Source: Glycera tridactyla (taxonomy: Eukaryota). Taken from it: DNA of 64,000 nt. Under the pieces are notes generated by a model. The model was given only the letters and a program-made list of their open reading frames with translations, was not told where the DNA came from and made no database searches. Made by a program: the position numbers and the translations under genes. Location of the stretch: contig OZ286465.1 of the NCBI GenBank assembly GCA_965644265.1, positions 85,994,001 to 86,058,000 of the forward strand, given 5' to 3'. Shown here one piece after another: positions 24,751 to 38,899 of this stretch; the first letter of the stretch is position 1; each line of letters opens with the position of its first letter.

Positions 24751-27700
24751 TGTGCATACATGCCTATTGACTGATTGATTTGGGTTTTGATCACGTTTAA
24801 CGTCATGCATCAATCCAAAGGATTATTGATGGCAAGTTTTCCTGATCTATGATCCCTGGATGCTCTGTCCGCTGCAAGCATCACTCTCACACACCCTGAA
24901 CACAATATGATGGGAACGAGAAAGGTTATCAAGCAGCAGAATCTGTTGCATATCAGCACATGTGTATGCATGCACTCAAGCATGCATGGGCGTGCAGACA
25001 AGGGATCTTCTGGTATTCATGCATGGACCTGCACCACCAGAAAACAAGAAACAAATGGTAGTTAAATCAGCTACAGATTGAAAACAATCAATCCTTCAAT
25101 AAATGGGAGGGGGGAACAATTCTTACAGGAACTACCTTTGTCTCCCACATGCTAAAAACATCATCGTCACCAATTCCCCGTTTCCGCTACCATCCATGAT
25201 AGATATGAGGGCCGATGGCTATACACCCACCCTTGTTAAGGCTCTTTGGAAATTCAGCCCGTATGGTGTTGGTGGTGGGGGGTAGGAAATCAATAAACAA
25301 CTACATGTACTATAGAAATTCTTACTTCAAACAAAAAGCAAAAACAAAATGAATCATAGAGCAACTATAGTAAGAATTTTCAAAATCCATTTCGTATTTT
25401 GAGGTGGTTATACTGTCCCTAATTTGTTTTGAGCCTGGAGAATTCCTAACTCAGTTTACCTTCATCATTTTGATGATCTCTCTGGTGTCTCTCATAACAT
25501 GAGCAGCTGTTCGGGGCATGTCAGGATGCCCTCAAAGGTATGTCTCAAGTACGAGCCTTTCTCGGCATGTGACACTCACTGCACACAGAGGGCAGGTGAC
25601 CCCCTCAAAATGTCATGATCATACTGATAAAGCTCTACAAGACTTCATCCTAATCAGCCAATGATTTCTACGACCAAGAGGGTCATGACCCTACAGCAGC
25701 CAAAATATTCAATAGACTGACCAACTCCTGAAGCCAGTTTCTAGAAGTCCATCTCTGGAATGGTGACATAGAGAAATTCATTTAGGCAAATTTTACTAAA
25801 ATTATGATTTAGAATGAAGGTTTTTCCCAAAACTTCCTTATTTCTTATCTATAAATATGACAAATGGTTTCTCCAAAGGTATTCTTACAACAGTAGCATT
25901 AGTGGGACAAGAGCAGGAAGATTATAGGAGCAGGAATAGGGGGTTTGGGCAGGAGGAGCCCAGGAGAAAGTCATCTCCAATCTCCCAAGTGGATTACTGA
26001 ACATGGGGTCACTGACAAGACCCTCGCTCCCATCAATTGACATGGGGATGCTACAGGGTGAAAACCTGTCATCCTTTATTTACCCTGCTTCATTAGCCTG
26101 CTAATAACCCCTAATTACAACAGCCATACAGAGGCCTGGTGAATGCCTGCTGACAGCCAAACAGGGGTCTGCTGCTTCCCTGCCTACAGAAAAAAGTCTG
26201 TTATATGCATCAAAATTACTGACTGGAAAGCAATATTTCATGCACCCAAGGGTTTCCAACTTTCCACCAACCTGATTCTTATCTAAACAGCATGCCACAT
26301 ATGCAAACCATCCACAGCTCCTGTACATTTCATGGAATGTTTGAGCTTTTGACCAAAGCATATTGTTTCAGAGTCTAGAAGCTGCATGGGTCCAGTTGTT
26401 TTGTATATGATCTAATGACTGAAGAGATTAGGGGGAAACACAGGAAGGTGAAAAATCTGAAAGTGAGAAATCAGTGATTCACTGCAGGGAATAGCCTTGA
26501 GTGAGTGGAACCCGATATCTTCAGCAGGGTATCAACTGCCTATAATTATAGCCTGTGAAAGAGCAAGCTGTCTTATATGCTGAGCTATGTGGACTGCTCA
26601 AAAAGGCAGTCACACATTTATAGCCTGTGAAAGAGCAAGCTATAAGCTATGTGGACTGCTAAAATGAAGCAGCCACCCACCTCAGCCAGGAGCACACTCC
26701 ACTCCCCACATAGACACCAAGAGACCCAGTTGGGCTACCGATTCTTGTTCCAATAAAAATCTCCCCAATCAAACAAACATGTATTGAGTATTGAATCAGT
26801 ACCACATTGGATTTCGATACAAGCTTATCAAATGGCATCATCAAACAAAGATGTGACATTGAATTATTGTTTCAGTTTCCCTTATGTACAAGGCCATGTG
26901 ACATTGAAATATTGTTTTGGTTTCCCTCCAATGTACAAGGGCTAACATGAAACCTTGAACTATGATGCCATGAAATTAACCAGTTCACTGACCATATCAG
27001 GCCCAATCAAAACTTCTAAGCAGGCTGACCAGCATCGCAGCATGGCCAGACACATGCCAGAACAAGCTAGACCCATTAAACCCCTACCAAAGCACCCTAA
27101 GGAGAGGGCGTGCTCCACTGTGTCCCACTGTGTCGAGAGATCAAGAACACGATTGGAAAACCACCCTGATCAGGTAACTCCAACCACTTCCAGATGTTGA
27201 TCAATGCCATCAGGGACACGCCAGATCAAAGCAAGACTGACGCAAATCAAAGGGAGGCTGTGGACCCAGACTGAGGCTGTATGACCTGATTGAAAGTGTG
27301 GTCACGTGTGAGGTATTGACATAGGCCACTTCCTCGAAGGCGATACATCACCAGAGGGAAAGGGAGAATAAACAATGGCGCTCTCTCACTGAGTGAGCCT
27401 CTCCCGATTCAACAGGCCACCCGCCCAGTCAAACATCTTCCATTTGTCCTCATCAAATAATCAAACACAACCCTCACACCAGCCACTTGTTGATTGTCAC
27501 AGCACAAAAGAAGATATTACAAGCACAACCAGGCACTTCTACTGACACAGCATGATCAAGCAAAAATTACACCTCGTTATTGAGACAATTACATGACTAA
27601 TACATCCCATCAAACAATATAATGATAAAGTAGAATTTTGGTAGGAGTGTTTCCTGATAAAGCAGACTTAAGTGTACTGCTGCTGACAGGTTAAGTACAA

Positions 27701-28194
27701 CTTTCTGGTAGAACTAATCCCCGGAGTCCAAGCAACGTGCAACTCGCTTCGGCATCCAGCCGAAAAAATAACTCAAAGAAAGCGTATCTTTCAACGTCCA
27801 CCAAACCAATCGATCCCTCCAAATCAAGTAAAAAGATTATTGACCACATAATGAGCATGCTTTGCACTATCGACGCCAACTCAGGGATTCCCATTATTGC
27901 TTGCAAAAGTTTTGAGTAGGATTAATAATGTGGGCAAGAAAGTTGGGAGACTGGAACCACTGAATTATGGCGGCCATAAAGGTGGACAAATTAGCTGCCT
28001 AGATGTGGCATGAAGGAGGCTTGTGCAAGCCACCAGCCACACATTGCATGTACCTCCTTTTCTTTATGACATTTGCTCTCCACGCTGTGATGATGATGGT
28101 GGGGACATTACCAATCATCAACACAGCCGTCGCTGAGCCTTGCTATCCATGGCATCAACTGGAACTTCATACCTATGTTCCAAATTTTCAAATA

Positions 28195-28520
28195 CAGTTG
28201 AACTTGTCCTAAGCAAGACTTGTACTAAGCAAGAACTTGCCCTAAGCAAGATGTATTTCCTTATCCCATCAGAGTATTTTCCACTATAATTGACCTAAGC
28301 ATGAACTTGCTCCAGATAAGCACTCAATTATTTTGCTCCCTGCAGTTCATGCTCAGGAGAAGCCTGACTCAGGGATGGAAGTCGCTATAATGAAAAATAT
28401 CTGAAATCAGTCTTCATCCCGAAATTTTCATTATGGTCAAAATATCTGGAAATTTAGGCTATCTATGCCAAAATATCTGAATTCAGATAATTATCTGAAA
28501 ACTTCCATCACTGCTGACTG
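28195..28520. mobile_element. pogo/Tigger-like MITE (CTAAGCA subfamily) hosting the 28370 insertion
   Basis: TA|CAGTTGAACTTG, CTAAGCAAG repeats, terminus ...CCTGACTG|TA completed after the insert. Homologous to the 62766 copy. Confidence 0.75.
28370..28513. mobile_element. 144-bp hAT-like MITE, 6-bp TSD, nested in the end of a pogo-like MITE
   Basis: TIR CAGGGATGGAAGT / ACTTCCATCACTG (12/13), CTGACT duplicated on both sides, internal TATCTG/CAGATA repeats. Confidence 0.8.
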
Positions 28521-29061
28521 TATGTACAATCTTTATGACATCAATCTACCAAAACTGAACATGAGAAACTACACACATTGGTTTCCAGTATATGAAATGA
28601 ATAGAGATAGGTATTCGAAGACCTCACACATTACTTTCCAATATATAACTGGATAAAAGAGGGCATTTTGTGCAGTATTTGATGCAGATGGTGACCAACA
28701 GTTCCAAGGTATTTTAGGTGAGTAACCAAATGGGTAAGAATAGAGCTCATAGCTAAGCTAATAGCCTAATGGCCAACTTCAGTCGAGCAATCCAAAACAA
28801 CTGACAGCATTCACTGATTTATGAGTTGATATAAAAAGCTGCTCAATAGCTATTGACCGATGGGGGGTGTTTACAACCATTATCATAACCAGAGATTTGT
28901 TGACACAGGTTTTACGATGTGGTTAGTTATATTGGTGATAACATGATGCTGCTTATTGTAGTTTATAAAAGGGAATAACTGCTGCAGCCCACATGAATCG
29001 TCACACCAGTAGCATGATGGTTGGTTATCCACCAAACAATCCTAGCATCCATACATCACTG

Positions 29062-29275
29062 CAGGATGAGAAGAGATAGCCTACCACCTGCACAGGGCAG
29101 GTGGATTTCCAAGGTAGGCAGGTGGATTTATAATTCACCTGCCTGGCAGATAGGTGGAAAATGATGAAATAAAATGAAAATATAATGGGAGCAGACTGAA
29201 TTTTGAAGGGGTCAGTTGGATTCAAATATATCTGCCTACTGGACATGTGGATATTTCTCAAGTTTTCTCACACTA
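29062..29275. mobile_element. Degenerate hAT-like MITE (GGCAGGTG family)
   Basis: Starts CAGGATGAGAA, ends TTCTCACACTA, has GGCAGGTG repeats. Its first ~80 bp align by eye with the sequence starting at 61764. Confidence 0.55.
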
Positions 29276-32200
29276 TACTGTGCAAGGGCATCATCCATCT
29301 CCTGATGAAGCCAGGAGTCCAAAGGTAAAGGTGTATTGACCTGCACAAAATGCAATGGCCTCAACAATCGGTCTGGTACTCATCATCATAGCATAGATGA
29401 GACCTATATTCAGCATTAGATAGAAATATCAGCAAATTTTCTATATAGGGTGTATGATATTACCAATATGATTGAGCAAAGATGAAGAGGGTTTGATAAT
29501 ACTGCATGGTGGCTCTCATCAAATAGATAATGGTAACTCCCTTTTCTCAAAATCTCAATACGCAAATAATGAATAGAGGTGACTTTTGACAACTCAGAGA
29601 GATAGTCATCTGACATCTTCACAATCTTGCTTGTTTTACAGCTGAGTAGACCTCCCTCTATTAGCTTATCTGCTAATTAATGTCATATCTAATGAACAAC
29701 CCTCCCTGCCAGCCCAAGGTCACTCACTATCAGTCCCAAGGTCACTCGTGTCAGGCAGATCATGTTCCCAAGACCTGGTGTCACAATGTACAGGATCAAA
29801 GTGACCACACATGATGACCCTATGACCTTCAGGTCACTACTCTGCCAACGGCAACCCTACCAATGTTGGATCAACCCTGATCTGGTCTTTTTCAGTGAAA
29901 GCTGTCAAGACACTGGTCACATGTTGCAGCTGTGTATTGTTATCATGGTGACCTTCGTCCTCAGTTGATTGTTCATGCTCATCTCACTGAATATATGCCA
30001 TGAAAATGCAACATTCACTCCAAAAATGAGGAATATACAAGAGTGATCAAGACCAAGATGGAGATGATATGGTGAAGGTCACTTGTCAGTTGTTACAAGG
30101 TCAAGACATGCTCCGAAACACAAGTCCTCCATCTTCTATGGTGAAGATGGAACATGTGGCAAGAGGCCAATGCACTTTACCAGACATAGAAAGAGGCTGA
30201 AGAAATTGAAAAGACTGGCATAAAAGAAATTTAGGCTAGAGCAGCAGCCAATACACTAAGCAGCCACTTTTCGCAATCCCGAAGGGTGGTTGCTTACAAC
30301 AGGTTTGTCTGTACTCAGCCAGTCATCAAGTAGTTCACTGGTCAAGCAGCCAAATTTACAATGTTTTTGTAACATCTGGCTCCAGGGTTCAGACAATTTA
30401 CTGCCCATTTACAAAGTTGGCTACCACTACTCTATATAAATACACAAGACACCCTGGTGGCAAACCAAGGCAATTACTAACGGGTGCCCTACCTGATGAA
30501 GCAGCACTAATGGCTACCATAGCTGCATTCACTGATGACCAGTCAATAACCTCTCAAGTTCAAAATGTCTGCAGAAGATAATACACTTTCTGTGGTTGGA
30601 GATTTTAGAACAATCAACAACTGAGGTATGACTATTATAAAGAATCCACATTTTGATAGAGGTGGCAGTTTTCATTTCATCAATTTCTTCGACGACTTCT
30701 CCTGCAAAGACACACAGGCGTTCCCTGCACAATCCAATTTCCATAAGCCATTTTACATTGATAAGAGCCCTGATTCATGTTATCATATCAATTTCCTGAC
30801 TATGTGCCCTCTCCTATTTTAAATACCTTTTTAAACACAAGGTAGAGAATTGGGGTATCCGTAGGTATAATTTACAGCCAAGGCACACATTTGTAACCTG
30901 GTTCCAAGACCCTAATATTTAACCATGAGTATAATGACCAATTAGTGGAGCAATTAGGGACAAGCTGAAGGTACACCATGTAATTAGGATGATGGAACCA
31001 TCCTCTGTGATTAGAAGGTCTCTCCATTAAGTGTGACTGGATAATATCTACTCTACCACATGATTTAACTATGATAACCAAGGAATGAGCCAAGATGTAG
31101 CTCTGTGTACTCAAGACATAGTCTGATAGTGATCCAAAATACCTCTGGATATTCAAGGGTAGGGTAAGTATAGAATGGATATATACATAGCATTCTTCAT
31201 GAGGTGAGAGGAAGGGGGTTAAAAGTGATGCCCCTCTGAGGGCCTGCTGACCATCTCTCTAATGACTCTCACCCCTGCCCCTCAGCATCAGACTGGCAGT
31301 ATATAATATACACACCTGTTCGCTGCCTTGACAAGACGTACCATTAACAAGACTAGAAACAGCAACCATGAGTTTATATGTGTATCCTTTCTGAACAGCC
31401 TGGAAAACTTCAGACCACTGTTCTGTTTCCAATCCTTCACAAAGGTTGAATTCCACTTGCACAAATTTCCTGAGTCCAATTCCGCAGTGATGGGCACATA
31501 CTCATGATGTATCACTATTGGGAACATTGCAATTTTTCTGAATAAGGATAAAATTCCTTTTCAATGTACGCTACAAGCACAATTCTCCAGGTAAGTAGAT
31601 TTCAAATGAGCATCAAACTGTAACACAGAAATGGCATAAAAAGGATAAAGACCCGAAGCACCCAGTTGTCTCCAAGATACCTAACTATATTATATTATAA
31701 AGCCATCACTTTGTCATTCAAGAAGATATGTTGTTGCATTACGAGTGCGGAAACAAATTCCTTTGAACTCAAATGAACTAGGACAAAGAACAAGTCCTGT
31801 ATCTTGTTTCCCAGAGATATGGTGGAGGTGTGATTGAGTGAATGTTATCGGTGAGGAGGTGCCTTATCTCAGGCATGTGTGGGGTATCAGAGGAAGTGTG
31901 GGGTATCAGAGATGGGGTTCATATGTCTGGAGATATAGCACCCCAGTCTTGCTACTAGATTATTGACCAAGTAACCCCACTATTACCACCTCCCTGGTTA
32001 ATCTCCCCAGGCCCCAAACCACCGACCAAAGCAAACAAACGACCTCACATACCACTGATAAATACAAACCTGACAAATAAGCAGATCAGAAATATATCCA
32101 ACACGAGCAACACAAAAGAAATAAAGAGATCTTGTGGTATCCCAGGGGAATCTCTTGGCCCAGATTCATCACATGGTCTATACAAAATTGTGCCTCCCAG

Positions 32201-33752
32201 TCAACTAATGAGCATAAAGTACATGTTTTGATAGTAACTTAAAACTCCATACAACTGCCACATGCCTACAAGGGCCACCCAAGCCATGACCACACTAGTG
32301 CGGTGATATCAATTCTTCAAAAATTTTGAAACTTAGAAATTGCAGCAATCTGGCTGATAAGATTAAGAATAGGTATTTTCGAGAATATGTGGGGGTAGTA
32401 TAAGAAATCTGACTATATTTTCGAAAAGCAAGCTCCATCTCAATTGAATCAATGATAGTATTTCATGGAGTATGCAACCTCTTCACAAAGTCCAACTCTG
32501 AACAAGACCACTTTTCAATGTGATCAAAGATGGTGTTTGTAGGGAGTGTCGACTCTGATCTAGAGATGGAATTCACCCGGGAACTCATCTTGAATCAAGA
32601 AATCAACAGCATGTAATCAAAGATGGCTACCTGCAGCCAGTTGTTTCCAGTGCCAGATACAATCAGGTTTTGTGTTTATCAAGTAGTGGACAGCTCACAG
32701 TTATGTTGGGGTTATGTGACTTCATGTAATATACACACCAGCTATCATTGCATTATTAGCTCTTTCAGGGTCCACCAACTGCTAAACTAAACTGATTATT
32801 GCCTCATACTGAACTCCGCCCAGCTAATTTCCTCGTATTTTCTCCCAGCTTTGATGCCTATAAGCCATCTATGCCACCAAAAGATTCTTAATCTCTCGTG
32901 AAACAAGGATGAATAATCCACCCCACCCCATCCATATACAACAGCGCTTCATATTTTCTGACAGGTCAGTGGGCCCATATGGCACCTAATCTAGAAATAT
33001 CATGGGCCATAATGATGGGCCATCTCCTTGAAATACAAACAGAAATCATTCAAAAACAATGCGCAAACACCCACTGAGCTATTATTCATGTTCGATAATG
33101 AGGCTAGAACAAACTCCAATGAGTAAACAATACGGCAAATGAGTGTCTTCCAGATTTCTTTCTTCATCCTCACCATTAGGATGTCAACACAAATGATGCT
33201 GCCACAAAAAACTAGCATGCATTAAAACAATACCAGAAATTATGTACAAAGTTAAAACTGTAAATTAGTGAGGATATTGCATGAAGCAGGTATTTGCAGA
33301 CCATGACCCAACACTTGTTGCCTGATGTGTGTCCAAGCTTCCCCACCTGCCCGATAATGAGTGCATATTTACTCCCAGGCCAAGATGTCAGCAGGAAAAA
33401 GAGTGGTGCAACAGTATTATTATAACGAGTGTATTGATACGGAGGGTGGATCAGGTTTGTGCAACGTGTGTTCAGCACGGAGAGTGCACACATTGCAGGC
33501 ACACAATGCCTAGTGCCAGCAGCTGTTTGCTCTGACCTCACCAGGTATTAATACCCCTTCTACTACACACAATCACCCTGCCACTAATCCCCCATTCAAA
33601 CCTACTGATGAGGGGTATTAGACTCTCAACCCCAAATGTGACCTTTGGTATAATGAAATTTGTAAACCATTGGATATTGAGTGGATAATGACGCATGTTT
33701 TGAAACAAGGTGAGGTGTGCTCTTGAAAATAAGAGGAAGGCTTATATTGCTA

Positions 33753-33890
33753 CAGTGAAACCCACTATGAGAGACCACCCTAACTGTCACCAAAAAGTGG
33801 TCTCTCAAAGGAGTATGTCAGATAGAGAAGCTGCCTTGTAAATGTTGGAGGTGGTCTCCGGTTGGGGGTGTCTCGTCACAGGTTTCACTG
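33753..33890. mobile_element. pogo/Tigger-like MITE (GAGACC subfamily)
   Basis: TA|CAGTGAAACCC...CAGGTTTCACTG|TA with GAGACCACC/GGTGGTCTC motifs. Confidence 0.8.
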
Positions 33891-35912
33891 TAATACAATA
33901 TGTGAATAGTGGCAACGATTCACTGGTTATCAAACTGTGGGGCGATGGACATGATCCCACAATTGTGCTATACAAATGAAATCAATATGATTATTCATGC
34001 ACTATTCTATTTATATAAACATGGCAGGCATTTTATACAATGTGACTCCAAACAGACTCTAACAAACTTCTCACTTGTCCTTTTTTTAACCATTGGTCAT
34101 AATCACCAGGTGAAGAGGTGAATATGGACCATCCAAAACAGTGTATTTGAAGCAGGATGGGGCCAACAGTCAATGAGTACTACTCTATGCATCTGAATCT
34201 CCTAGTACCATACATGAAATCAGTAATAGGTAGGTACAAGCTGGAGTTTAACATTCAATTCACAATCTAAACTATTGCACTTGGCAATGATATCGAATAA
34301 AGATACTGCATTCAAAAATTAACATCATTGATTGCTTCCACATATTTTTAAATTTTCCAAAGTGGTGAAATATTCTGTGTTTAGCCATATATGTGCCATT
34401 TCTAATGCACATCATCTGGGATGAGCACAGAAAATTTCAACCTTTTGTGGGAGTATGAAATCAATAGGAAGGCGCCTACAACTCCCACTCACATAGACAC
34501 ACATGCTGACATATAAAACACTCATATATATTGACTCATCCTTGTACCTCCTGTTACACACCTAACCTACATATAATATACCTGGATGCATGCCACTCTA
34601 TCATCAGCTCTATGTCTGACCAAACATACATCATGGATATCACTGGCTTACAAATCAAAATCCCCAAATCCTGTTTGGAGGCACATTTTATCAAGTTTTT
34701 CAGACTATGCATACAACAACCACCATTCAATAGATATAATATAAGAACTGCAGGATGACAGACATGTCAAGTTACCTGCATATTCTGTGATCTATAATCA
34801 CCAATTCAGGTCTGATTTCTATGATTCAAACACCAAAATAATCGCCATAAGGTGTTCTATGTTTTACCATTTTCATGAATGAAATTTGATGAACAAATCT
34901 TAAGATAATGGAAAGCTCAGCCAATGTCCCTCATGGACTCCAAATGATGAAGCTGATGAAGGTGAAGAGTGGGGGAGGGGGTCCGTTCCACACTTTTTGA
35001 GCTAATAATAAGAGAGCAGCTGGCAGGAGCTTGTGTCCGTCATTAGTCGCTCATTCATACGTCTCACACCAGCGATTATCACCCGATCGCGTCTTGCCGC
35101 ATGTTGTCTGCCCGTGTGTGGGATCCCAGGTGTTCTAGCACTACCCAATAACACAACCAAGATCAGTGATACTGATATGCCTCACAAGGGAAAGCACCTG
35201 CACACAAAAAGACCAACGAACAAGGGATCAACAAGAGATGACCCACCTACAACTTTGAATTCTTTTCTATTTCTATATTGAGCTCTTTTCAGAGAAGGAT
35301 TATACAATGAACCTTGCAACCACACACCATCTGAAAGTATGAACACCTGCGACCACTATACATGACCCTTTCATATTCTCATGTGATATAATATATCAAG
35401 CTCCAGACTGTCAGTCGGGAGAAGAATGAACAATTTCTTTTTCTGTCAGTAAGTCAGTTTCTTCACATAAAAATCTTTCAACCATTCTTCCATGGGGAGA
35501 ATGAATTGGCAGACTCACTCACCGAACAAAATCACTTGTCTACCCACTCTTGTGAAATCAGATTCACTCTCCCCAGGATTTGGGAGAGTGGCTAAATTGG
35601 AAGACTGCTTCTAGCTTCAATGCATGTATCAATTCCAATTTTGTAGGAGTGATCAATTCTGGTTGATTGAAGTAGTTCAAATAGGCAAGAGGCTATCAAT
35701 TACAATCAATCAGAGAGCAGTATCCTGACCAATCATCAGAATGTGTGGCTATGGCCTGTAGCCCAGGGAGGATGCTGCTAGCCACACCTTAGCATGTGTT
35801 TCCTTAGTAACCGCATCAACTGCCTGACTGATGCTATCATTGGCACCCAATGGAGCAATTACTAGAAACATCAGCGATCATCATGGGTCACTCCACTGCT
35901 GAAATATATAGT

Positions 35913-36050
35913 NNNNNNNNNNNNNNNNNNNNNNNNNNNNNNNNNNNNNNNNNNNNNNNNNNNNNNNNNNNNNNNNNNNNNNNNNNNNNNNNNNNNNNNN
36001 NNNNNNNNNNNNNNNNNNNNNNNNNNNNNNNNNNNNNNNNNNNNNNNNNN
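35913..36050. other. Assembly gap (138 N)
   Basis: N run. Confidence 1.
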
Positions 36051-36070
36051 ATGTATATATGTGTCTATCT

Positions 36071-36163
36071 GTGAGTGAGTGAGTGAGTGAGTGAGTGAGT
36101 GAGTGAGTGAGTGAGTGAGTGAGTGAGTGAGTGAGTGAGTGAGTGAGTGAGTGAGTGAGTGAG
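36071..36163. repeat. (GAGT)n microsatellite
   Basis: Uninterrupted GAGT run just after an N gap. Confidence 0.97.
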
Positions 36164-38721
36164 AGATCTAAACTGATCATGACATTAGCAATATGCAAGT
36201 TGAAGCAAATAAGCTAGTGATCCCCCACACATATTCAGGTCACAACTAGTGCCATCTATAAAGACACTAAGTTCCAAAGGCAACTAAGGCCTTTGCAGAG
36301 GAAGTAGTAGTGTTAGGTGTTTATACTAATACAGGAACAAACATGAAGCAGCCCACAAGTACCAAGCCAAACAAAAATACAGCTTGGTGGGTTGATGCCA
36401 TGAATGCTGAGCAAAAATTATAGTTACCTCAGTGCCATTTGACCCTGACCTCAAGTGGAGGTCATATGATACTGACAGGGAGACAAGAATTCCATATAGG
36501 AGAGCAGGCCCATGAAAGAGGGACATAGATAGAGTGAGAAAACACAAGCCGGTCAACAGGGGGCAAACCCATCTTTACTCTATAGCCCCAGGGAATTCTC
36601 ACCTGACCGGGGATGTTTCCAACCTCTGAACTTGACCTAGCCTATTATACAGTGTAGAAACCTGTGTCATACATATAAAGTATCCTAACATATAAAATGA
36701 ACATAGCTAAGTCCAATGCAGGCTGATTGAACTGGCATGAGTGTGGGTTTTTAGGAGTAGAGTGGATAAAACATGGCAACCCTGATAATAATGCCCCCTC
36801 CCCTTGACTGGGGTGCAACTGTGGCAGCCTCACATTATGATCCTCATGCACCTGCCATCGTGTCTAAATATGAAATTCACATGTCATTTCTGCATGCTTC
36901 AGTTCACATCCTGAGAGAGGAACCCACATCGAGCATGCACCATGCTTAACACAAAGCACCCGGTACAGGTATACATGCTGTTATATAGAATGGAGGAAAA
37001 AATACAAGGGTTGGGGAGTGGCACATTTCACCCAAGCATAGGTCAATTTGAAAGTAGAGTTCTCTCAATTAGTATTGCCTAATTTGAGAGCTATAGCATT
37101 TGAGAATTTATTCGGATTATTGATAGTCCTCCCCATGGTGAAACAGGTCTGTGCCACCCATCCCCACACCACCACTTCCTTTACCCTATATTCAGAATGT
37201 ATCGCCTCTATTATAAGCAGGCATTGGAAATATCCATGTTGCCAAAAATAGGAAAGAACAGCACAATTTGCTGTGATTATGACGAAAGGATTTCTCACAA
37301 TCTGAAGCAAAACCAGCCCAATATCAACAAACATGACCACCAAACAAATCACATACAGACTGCCACGTTTGGGGCGGAGATTCTCATGTTCACACCTTTG
37401 ATGTTTTGGGAATTCAATACACAGGGAGTCTACAAACAATAGATTTCAAAGCTTTCCAAGAGTTATCACATCAGAAAATAGCCATGAATTCATCAATGTT
37501 ACCATGGTACATTTACATATATTCTGGTCATGGCTTTCGAGAAATTTCAATGCGAGAAATGTTGGGTGCATGAATAAGTGAACATGAAATTTCAAAAACT
37601 GATGTCATAAAGACAATCCATGTTGTGTATGCTTCAGGCTGTCTGGGAAGGTGAGCTCTACCTATGCATCGCAAATGTCAGTCTGGGTAAGTCTCGCCTC
37701 TATCATGTACACAGTCAAAGGAGAAGGCCCAGCTCTTTGTCTACACAGACACGCTAGATTGTGTGCCGACCACCTACGTGAGTATTTTATGACTGCTCTC
37801 ACGGTCATATATTAAGTTAAATATCACAACACGTTCTGCCAACCTTTCACAGATGATGAACAGTTACTTTGTCAAAAAGCAACTCAACTCTGAGCCCCAT
37901 GCTAGTTTAACCTTGCACCAAAAAGATCTTGATGATCAGTTGTTCCCGTCACAAGGAACGGAAAATATCCAGAGTATACCTACGCTACTAGAAGATCAAA
38001 ACTATATCCAGATCATTTATAAAATTTCTTTCTGGTATTTAATTCTTTTGTATATGACTCCCTCAATTCGTGACAGAGCAGTGCAAGGATTCACAAATTC
38101 CATCCTTATTGTACATGCATTACATGGTATACCTAACTCTTTTTGGCAATTATGTGCTAGACACAATGATGGCTAGTCATCAGACATGGGATTATGCCTG
38201 AACAGTGGACTTGCAACTATTTTGTCAGCTACACTTTATACCAGACTCCGCAAACACTTGGTATGTGCCCGGTACTGGCCCAGATACAGAATGCTTTAAC
38301 AGTCCAATGACGTAGAATAATGTGTGCATGGAGATGTTAAATGTGATGTGACACGTCCTATGACACTTTATGGAGAATGGCGAGAGACACACAAGTATGG
38401 ACAGAACATGCATCAGACACAGGCAGTGTTTGTTGACCAAGAGAAAGCCTGAGACACGGCGCAACACAACCTGCTGTCACCGAGTGTACACAGATGTCAG
38501 GAATTCTATGTACGGAGCATGAGAATGCATGCTTCACTCCATGATCATGGTTACCATAGCACCTCAACAGATTCTAACATTAGATGCCGGTTTCCAGAAG
38601 AGGTACATACATGTACAACAGGGGTGAGATTGTTCCATGATGAAAAAAATTTGAAAATCTGCACGGAATAATTCTCATCATGATTCATTAGACCATCAAA
38701 ACAACAGCCTACTAGTAATTA

Positions 38722-38899
38722 CAGTCAAACCTCCTCTAAAGACCACCTCTCTATAAAGACCACCTCCCTATAAAGACCGCCCTGAACTGGGACCGTGGTA
38801 GAATGTTCTGCAGTAAATAACCTCTCTATAAAGACCACCTCCCTATAAAGGCCACTTTTTGGTGTCACCGAAGCTGGTCTTTATAGGGAGGTTCGACTG
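38722..38899. mobile_element. pogo/Tigger-like MITE (AAAGACCACC subfamily)
   Basis: TA|CAGTCAAACCTCC...GGAGGTTCGACTG|TA with several TATAAAGACCACCT repeats. Confidence 0.88.

Noticed and set aside
24559-24813. CV/TH-repeat ORFs, also at 59046-59300 and 35881-36198
   Set aside because: Translations of microsatellites.
35404-35607. Possible CAG-ended MITE with GGAGAGT motifs
   Set aside because: TIR only 7/10 and no TSD, too degenerate to call.
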